A stretch of 64,000 nucleotides of DNA, taken from assembly GCA_001938485.1 (NCBI GenBank), contig MQRK01243535.1, positions 23,426 to 87,425 of the forward strand. Reading direction: 5' to 3'. The stretch's first letter is position 1. Each line of letters starts with the position of its first letter. The notes beneath the pieces were generated by a model. It ran no database searches and had not been told where the DNA came from. It was given only the letters and a program-made list of their open reading frames with translations. The DNA comes from Girardia tigrina. Taxonomy: Eukaryota. Below, one piece after another: positions 53,250 through 64,000 of the stretch. The position numbers were made by a program, and so were the translations under genes.

Positions 53250-53881
53250 CATCAAATTAATTTATTTGTAGAAGATTTTAATGTAGATATAAATATAATT
53301 TTAAAAGAAAACTTTCACTTAGATTTGTTAAAATTTATTTATCAATTTTACTCTAAATTATTTTAAAATGATTTACCAAATTTAAATAAATAATATAATA
53401 TAATTATTAACCAATTAATTTTTGACTTCCTAGCCGGATCCTGCAGTAATATTTTCCAAATTAAATCGCAACGGGATTTCTTAATCCAAATTAATTTTCA
53501 ATGAAACTTCTCAATCAAATTTTCCACAATGGAAATTCTCAATCCAATAATTCTTGACTTGAAAACAAATATTGACAAAATCTCAATTTCTTCTTCTCTG
53601 ATAAAACTTTAACTTCAAGGTTTCTCGCGATTGATTTTTACCTATCAAAGTTTAATTTTCGTCAACTGTTTATAATTCCAACATTCAATATATAGTTTTC
53701 CAATGTAACTGACCCCTGATCTATACTTGCTCTTTGATTCTACATGAGTCACTCAAATTTATGCCTGATTTGTCCTTTTGGCCTGTAGTCCTGCTTAATT
53801 TTTTGACTTTTAAATTATAAATCTTAACCTTTAAAAATATTAATAATATAATATTTTATAATAATATTTTCGTACTATTTA

Positions 53882-55443
53882 CAGTGACCAGCAAAAGTGT
53901 ATAGTTTTCTTTGGCATTTTGGTAAATGTGCAGTCATGTCTTGGATTTTAAATATTATGTCAAGTGTTATATATCATTTTGAAGCAATTTTACTTCTCNN
54001 NNNNNNNNNNNNNNNNNNNNNNNNNNNNNNNNNNNNNNNNNNNNNNNNNNNNNNNNNNNNNNNNNNNNNNNNNNNNNNNNNNNNNNNNNNNNNNNNNNNN
54101 NNNNNNNNNNNNNNNNNNNNNNNNNNNNNNNNNNNNNNNNNNNNNNNNNNNNNNNNNNNNNNNNNNNNNNNNNNNNNNNNNNNNNNNNNNNNNNNNNNNN
54201 NNNNNNNNNNNNNNNNNNNNNNNNNNNNNNNNNNNNNNNNNNNNNNNNNNNNNNNNNNNNNNNNNNNNNNNNNNNNNNNNNNNNNNNNNNNNNNNNNNNN
54301 NNNNNNNNNNNNNNNNNNNNNNNNNNNNNNNNNNNNNNNNNNNNNNNNNNNNNNNNNNNNNNNNNNNNNNNNNNNNNNNNNNNNNNNNNNNNNNNNNNNN
54401 NNNNNNNNNNNNNNNNNNNNNNNNNNNNNNNNNNNNNNNNNNNNNNNNNNNNNNNNNNNNNNNNNNNNNNNNNNNNNNNNNNNNNNNNNNNNNNNNNNNN
54501 NNNNNNNNNNNNNNNNNNNNNNNNNNNNNNNNNNNNNNNNNNNNNNNNNNNNNNNNNNNNNNNNNNNNNNNNNNNNNNNNNNNNNNNNNNNNNNNNNNNN
54601 NNNNNNNNNNNNNNNNNNNNNNNNNNNNNNNNNNNNNNNNNNNNNNNNNNNNNNNNNNNNNNNNNNNNNNNNNNNNNNNNNNNNNNNNNNNNNNNNNNNN
54701 NNNNNNNNNNNNNNNNNCTGAATTTTCGTCAGTAGGGGCTTCTTAATCTTTGACGCAGAATAAAGTCCTTGCGTTTTTAAACTTCGCCTTACCGTATCAA
54801 TGCTTATTTTTAGTTCAGGATGTAATTTCAACACATGCGTGGAAGTTGTGGCATTTCCTGTTTGAATATCACGCTTTATCATACGATGCTCCCTTTCATT
54901 AAGAAGCCTCGGGCGACCATTCGAATTGCTTTTGAAAGATAAATTTGCCTTCTTTTTTATCTGTTGAANNNNNNNNNNNNNNNNNNNNNNNNNNNNNNNN
55001 NNNNNNNNNNNNNNNNNNNNNNNNNNNNNNNNNNNNNNNNNNNNNNNNNNNNNNNNNNNNNNNNNNNNNNNNNNNNNNNNNNNNNNNNNNNNNNAAATAT
55101 GTTAAAAAACTAAATATAATATTAAATATTATTCAATTTAAAATAAAACATGATAAATAACAAAATTTTAATGAAATTGTTACATTTAAACAAATAATAT
55201 TGTAATTAAAAGGCATTTCTGTAAAACATTGAAAAATCAGCATAACTGTATAGTTTTGAATAAATGTTGTAACTGTTACTGTTCTTAAACTAGTTTCACA
55301 TTTAAAAAGCCATAACATGGGTATGGTAGAGAAGTAAAATTGCTTCAAAATGATATATAACACTTGACATAATATTTAAATCCAAGATATGACTGCACAT
55401 TTACCAAAATGCCAAAAAAACTATACAGTTTTGCTGGTCACTG
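53882..55443 (-). mobile_element. Tc1 element with long TIRs, largely N-masked
   Basis: TA|CAGTGACCAGCAAAA ... TTTTGCTGGTCACTG|TA. 'GRPRLL...ISIDTVRRSLK..GL...KIKKPLLT'. Confidence 0.9.
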
Positions 55444-56015
55444 TATATTATAAATAAAAATAAAAATAATTAAATTTGAATATTTATAAATAATTATGAA
55501 GAATAATAGTATTCTACTATTATTTTATAGCTTTTTTATTTTTTATCCAACAGAGTAAATCAAAGTGCAAATGTGCTAATCGATACTGCTCATGAGCCAA
55601 TCGATAGAGCACAGTACTTGCACATAATCATATGTGTTAGCCCTAGGCTACACAGTTCAGCATATATACAAGTGCGCAAAATCGATAAATTTAAATTTTA
55701 ACAATTTTCAAAGTGCAAATTATTTTGATTGGTCCAATATATTTGACGCACATTCTGATTCACTATCGGATTGTACAATTAGAATTTCAATTTTTTGATT
55801 TATAAGTTAATAATAAAGTTAAAAGTACAAAGTGAAAGAGAATGCCCATAGGTTTTATAGGTCGAAGGAAGAAGAATTTACTGATGCGCATAGATAGAAA
55901 CTCATATGTCAATAGTCCAAATCCATTTTAACATTTTCGAAAAAGTGAGTAGAAATCGATTTTTCAAATATGTGTGCAATATGTATGCAACATGTAAACT
56001 ATTTATATGTTTTGC

Positions 56016-56052
<37 letters not shown>

Positions 56053-56374
56053 AATTTTTTATTTTGTTTAAATACATCGATTAATTCTTTGAATAAAAAC
56101 CTAAATTTTAAAAATATAAATATTTACAACACACAAGTTTCAAAACAAAAAAATATGAAAACAATATATATTTACAAAATACAACTTCATTAGTCGAAAA
56201 ACAAAATATAGTCAAGAACATGTCCAGCAAAATACCAACTAACAAACATATTATCAACCATCAAATTTAATATATCGACTATCAAATATACCTTACCAAC
56301 CATATTATCAACCCTCAAATTTACCTCAACAACCTTAAAAATTACCACATCAACTATCAAATATACCTTACTGG

Positions 56375-58003
56375 TGTTACGATCCGACCTTTTGCTAAAG
56401 GGAATAGTCTAACTCGACTATTCCCAGTAAGTTTAAATAGGCCCCATCTAACACGATTAAACCCACGAACCGTAAAGGCTCAGAGGCATCGCGTCAGACT
56501 GAGCTGGAATCCACACCCTTGTAAGCTTGTGACAACCTTTGTAGACGCTGCAATACAAAAGAAATTTCAAAATATAATTAATTAATAAAAAATTAATTGC
56601 TTTGGAGTTAAAAGTACAGGCGCAATGATTCTGCTGAATCATCCGTCTGCTAATTTCCGAGCAACCACTGCGACCTGTAATAACAGTGTTGTGTACCACA
56701 ACATTATGTTTGAGAGAATTGTAGAAAAATATGCGTAAAAATTTTTTATTAATTATGCAAGAAAAAACAATAAAAAAGGTGAATTTTGTAAAGAAATAAT
56801 TACTATTATAAAAAAAATTAAAATGTAAATTTATTTATTGAAATACAGACTTTATTTTGCAGAATTTCAACATTTGATTTAACTTATTATGAATTCCTTT
56901 TTTAATCGAATAAATACAGTTTTTGAATTCTTTGTAACTGTTTTGGCAGTTCTAACGTTTACGACGTTTCTTAATACGGTCTTGAATTTACAGGAGAGCG
57001 AATTTGAAGTTAATATCAATAAAGTAATGGTCAGAAAAACAGCGGATTTGTCGATCTCAAATTTTTTTTGGGCGATTTGGTTTGCATGACGATGAAATTA
57101 TCAGCCGATTTAACCCGATTTTTCATTTGGAACGTTAAACAACTTTTCGATAAATTAACTGCCGAATTTCAAACGGCATCGCATAAAATCAATCTGGAAA
57201 ATTCGAATGTGACTTTTGTACCGGCACGTAATGTTACCCCGAATATTGGACGGTTAAATTCAGCCGCCGTTGGCGACAGTTATGCAGATTCCCATTATCA
57301 CGGCAATTCTTCAATTGACACAATTCTGGCAGCCCAATCGACTATTCAAACATCACAAATAATATAACATAAATAAAGTAGAATGACAGGTTACCCGAAT
57401 AGCATATGTTAGAAATCCTGGTACATTTATCTAACAATCAGCGACTGTAGTGCGATAGGCGAGAATAAAGATTGGCGGCTTACATGGAAACCGGAATATC
57501 TATAGAAATAGTTACACATAGTACAGACAAAAAATAAATCAACCGGTTGTAATAACAGGCCACACGAGGTAAATGCAATTTGCAATACAACTTGAAACCG
57601 TCATAGACCGACAGCCGATTGCAGCTGAATAAACCAGGTAAAACATAAGCAGATGTAGGTAAGCGATTACTTGTGATAATGGCAGTTGCAGACATCGAAT
57701 TACATATAATAAGGTGACGTTGGAGACTGACATAAACAACAGTCATAAACCTCCAGTCATTACAGCACAATCAGTTAAGGATTAGATTAGCGAAAAACAA
57801 CAGACGCGCAGCGACATCCAGAAGTGTGTACACCCGAGAACTCCGGGTAACACACATAAATAGAGCGGTATAAATAGCGGAGCTATTTTACACGCATTTG
57901 CCAGTTAATTTGCCAGCTAATTTATCAAACTAACTTTACACTCATTCGTTTATCGCACAATACTTACGCACGCGTATCTTTTATTTTGAACGGATCTGTA
58001 ACA
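56375..58003. mobile_element. TG..CA-bounded element (solo-LTR-like) containing an SPCS3 pseudogene
   Basis: Ends TGTTACGATCCG / CGGATCTGTAACA (imperfect inverted repeat). 10-bp hairpin at 56400-56425. No TSD seen. Confidence 0.55.
56889..57290 (+). pseudogene. SPCS3: Signal peptidase complex subunit 3 (SPC22/23) pseudogene, frameshifted with an internal deletion
   Basis: 'MNSFFNRINTVF.F..TVLAVLTF', 'ADL..FF.WNVKQLF..LTAEF.T', 'NVTF....NVTPNIG.L'. Confidence 0.85.
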
Positions 58004-58488
58004 ATTGAAGACACTGACAAGTACGAGATCTGGGTTTTTATTTTATTGCTATTTCATAATTCTATTTATTTTATTTTATTTTTTTTATTTAATGCTATTC
58101 TACTGCCAGTATATAATCACCCGATTGTAATTCTTGTAATAAGTCAATACAACTTAAACAATTCAATGTTAATTATTTATTTGATAATGATCTTAAGTCA
58201 GAAATTTGTAAAAGTACTGAAGAAAGAAAGCTTCAATTTCATTAAAAACTGTACGAAGGTATCTAGGAGACGATCCAGGGTGAAGACAGCTGATGTTAGA
58301 GTAAGGATCATGAAATTCTGTGAAGTAGAGGGTAGGGCACTGTTTATAAAAATTGTAAATATATATTATTTCTAGTGAGGGATGAGTATAGATGAGTTTT
58401 AGAATAACATTTGCTTAAGTCGGATTCGATTATAAATAATTATGAATAATGTTTGATTACCAATAATTGTAAATAAAATTGGAATATA

Positions 58489-58886
58489 CAGTCAGGTGCA
58501 AAAGTTTGTGAACGCTTGTTTCTATACTGCTTTTTGTGAAGAAACAATTTGCTGCCATGCACTCAAATTCCCTGCAGGACCTGATCAAAGCAGTGAAAAC
58601 TGTTTGGACTCAAAAATTGTCGCCAGACTATTATAAAAAATTATACCGTTCGATGGCTGACCGAATTCGTTCTGTTTTCAAAAATAAGGGTAAACACACA
58701 AAATACTAAATATACACAGGTTTTTCGTGGTTTATGTGCCAGTTAGGACAAGTTTTGATAAATTTGTTTCTTATTATAATGTTCTAATAAAATTTTTGTA
58801 TTTTGGTGTGCTTTTGTCAATATAATTTCAGTTGGGTGCAAAAGACAATTTAACAACAAGCGTTCACAAACTTTTGCACCTGGCTG
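58489..58886 (+). mobile_element. Tc1 deletion derivative (MITE-like)
   Basis: TA-flanked ~32-bp TIRs CAG(T/C)CAGGTGCAAAAGTTTGTGAACGCTTGTT. Remnant 'SMADRIRSVFKNKGKHTKY*'. Confidence 0.9.
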
Positions 58887-58923
58887 TAAATAATTCTAAG
58901 TAATGACTGGTTATAAACAAGTA

Positions 58924-60962
<2,039 letters not shown>

Positions 60963-62128
60963 TAGTGTTTAATTATAAATAACGTGAGATTTTAAATAAC
61001 TCTAGTATTCGATTATAAATCATTTAAAGTAATGTTTGATGATAAATAATTATAAATAATGTTTGATTAAATAAAAATACTCAATAAAAAACTTGAGTAA
61101 TATTTGATTATAAATTGACTGTGAATAATGTTTGATTATAAATAATGTTCGACTATAAATAATATCGGATTATAAGTAATATTTGATATTGAATTGTGAA
61201 CGACCTAATATTAACCAATATTACTAAAAATTAAGTCATCAAATTTTGGTGTTCGTTTTTTAATCGTATTTCTTACAAGTAAAACACTATTCAATGATTA
61301 TACTTCTCTTTAACTGGTATACTACTAAAGAAGAGCATTACTAGGTAAACCCCTCTCTTTGAAAATAATCACTCACTGAAAAAATATACATAATAACAAC
61401 GCCAAATATTTTGTAAATATTTGATCGGAATTTTCAGAGGTATGATTTTAGTTTTGGTTTTATAATTATATATTATTCATTTTCTAATTTTTTGTGCAAT
61501 ATATTCGTTTTGATAGCTAATATAATTTAGTTTGAATATTTGTTTCGTTTTCATTTAATTATTTTAGTTTTAATTTTTTATTTTCATTTTCTTTTATTTG
61601 TCGATCGATTTGGTTATCAATCTTTGTTATAAATTATTTATTTGCTTCTCATTTTCTTTTACTTGGCAATCAATTTGGTTATAAATTCACGTGGTGTCAA
61701 GAATAATATTGAATAGTCTTACCTCATGGACAAACGTCAATAAGTTTAACCTGCCAGTAGAGAAGTTTAGAATAGCGGGCCACGTCCATGATTCATTTCC
61801 TAGTTCAAGGAGTCGGTGAGAGGCTTTACGGTACGAGTATGATGTATGTTGAGATGCGGAGGAACGATTGTTAGATGATGGATAATAATTGTAAATAAAT
61901 TGTAAATAATGAGTAGAAATTATTAATAGGCTGAGATGAGTAAATTGATAAGGTTGTAAATATAGATTAGGGTAGGTGTTAAAATATATGTAAATAATGT
62001 TACCGTAATCATTAATCTTGTAAATAACGTTTCGCTCCGGGAATTTTAATAGTAGTTAGTTTATCGGATAAAGTCATAATTTGATTGGTCAAATCATTCT
62101 AAGATACTTTGATGTTTAATTTAATATA

Positions 62129-62720
62129 ATAATTTTTGAGAAAACTAACGAATAATACAATTTTATTTATGATACAAATTTCCTTAACATTCCTGAATTA
62201 GATTGTCAGCCTAGTGAACAATTTATGTGAATTATGATTGGGTTTATTCTATTGGGATCGAGAAATTTCCCAATCGACACTAGGCCAATTCATTAAGGGG
62301 GCACTGAGTCTGATGGAAAATTTCTCGGGATCTGAAATAAAATAAAATGATTATTAAAGAAATATAATATTAATTAATATAATAATTTTATTTTTGAGAA
62401 AACTAACGAATAATACAATTTTATTTATGATACAATAGTAACAATTAATTGTTAATGAATATAAGGGAACAATAAGTATAGTCTGACAGTAAAGGTGTAA
62501 ATAATAATAATTTGAATAAATTTCCTTAACATTCCTGAATTAGATTGTCAGCCTAGTGAACAATTTATGTGAATTATGATTGGGTTTATTCTATTGGGAT
62601 CGAGAAATTTCCCAATCGACACTAGGCCAATTCATTAAGGGGGCACTGAGTCTGATGGAAAATTTCTCGGGATCTGAAATAAAATAAAATGATTATTAAA
62701 GAAATATAATATTAATTAAT
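62129..62720. repeat. Tandem duplication (~200-bp identical core at 62177-62378 and 62518-62720)
   Basis: Direct sequence identity. Confidence 0.9.
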
Positions 62721-63235
62721 TAAAACTAACCTTAATTGATTTTGCACTTTGATCTGAAATAAAAATATAATTATTAAGATGAATTAATTGAAAAAAACTT
62801 ACTTAATTGATCTGACTTTTGGAATCTGAAATTATAAAAAACAATGATTATTTATTTAGTTATAAAAAAAACTTACTTGATCGATCTGATCGATCCTGAA
62901 AAATATGATTATGTTTTTTTTGATTGTGAAACTTACTTGATTTTTTGGACTTTGTTGTCGATAGTAAACGGCAGCGGCTCATAGTGCCTGCCTAGACTGT
63001 TGACACAAAGTCCAGCGATCTCGAAATTTATGTGAAAATTTCAGATAAACGAATTACTATAAACTCGTTTAAATTTGTTATTTGTAAAAAAAGAAAGTTT
63101 TTTGTCTAGTTGTTGATTACAAATTAATAAATTTTTCAATCTTCAGTTTTTGTAAGTTTTTTTTAATTTTAATATTTTTAGAGGTTGATGGAGTATAGAT
63201 ATAAATTGGACATATGCTAAAATATATTGCTGGAA

Positions 63236-63380
63236 GCCGATCAGTTGATAGTTACCGGCAGGTGCTCAGAGTGTCTGACGTGATTGTTAACGATTTGGCT
63301 GTGAATAAGAAAAAGATCTTGAAAGAAAATTGAAGACAGCCGATCAGTTGATAGTTACCGGCAGGTGCTCATAGTGCCTG
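63236..63380. repeat. ~38-bp direct repeat pair
   Basis: GCCGATCAGTTGATAGTTACCGGCAGGTGCTCA occurs twice, with a partial third copy near 62975. Confidence 0.8.
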
Positions 63381-64000
63381 TCGAGTATATTGATGACCTG
63401 GTAATCGAAAGAAATTGTTCTCTATAGAACATCTAAAATGTCACCGTTGATGAGATAGTCTAATAATCAAACCTCCATCAACCTCAACTTTGTTTTGTTG
63501 TCATTGTTAAACCTTTAATATCAATGTTGGATAATTGATGAACATTTATGTTTTTAAGTTTATTTATATTCTTTTAAAATATTTAAAAATTATTCAGTGG
63601 AAATATAATAAATCATCAGAATATAAAGCAGCATGATATCAATAGAGATTTGTTCCTCTAGACAGGAGATGGATGAATATTTATAAAAAAAAGTTTACGA
63701 GGAACCCGGAAGGTATTTGATTTTGTTCACTGGTAAATTATTGGACCAGATGAACCTAATCGGGTACGATACGAACCATTTGCCTGTGTTAGAAGAGGAA
63801 AGGTACATGATATTCGTATCAAAGTAATGTGTTGGGTTTATAATAAAAAAGAAATTATACATAATAAAAAGATAATAAAAACCCAACAATTCTAACAAAT
63901 ATGTTAGATAACTTACGAGTACCCATTGCATAAATATTCCGAATTCTTAAAGATTAGATAATATAGAGCATTGGGTAAGCCATTGTACCTATAAATAATT

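Noticed and set aside
53897-54882. Long ORFs in the ORF track
   Set aside because: Artefacts of translating through N-runs. Only the short Tc1 part is real.

Overview
This is a very AT-rich eukaryotic window, probably metazoan: the host-gene fragments look animal-like and there are predicted ~50-nt GT-AG introns. The species cannot be determined from the sequence. It is mostly a graveyard of nested, degraded transposons: Ty3/gypsy, Penelope-like elements (two minimal hammerhead ribozymes), RTE-type LINEs, hAT, pogo/Tigger, piggyBac, Tc1, mariner (one Mos1-like) and Merlin/ISXO2-like. I see no intact host gene. The most notable structure is a long-TIR Tc1 element (43597-49170). Its transposase is split by a 2.1-kb segment bounded by a 7-bp direct repeat (CACCTTC), which carries a promoter-like region and a gene for three tandem ubiquitin-like domains fused to a MAP3K-like kinase lacking its catalytic residues. 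Other displaced host-type material includes an SPCS3 pseudogene inside a TG..CA element with a conserved terminal hairpin, an MPDU1 fragment fused to a zinc-finger array, two adjacent RING-finger genes, and three broken paralogs of an unrecognised tail-anchored protein interleaved with Merlin fragments. All assignments come from motifs read by eye; no searches were run.
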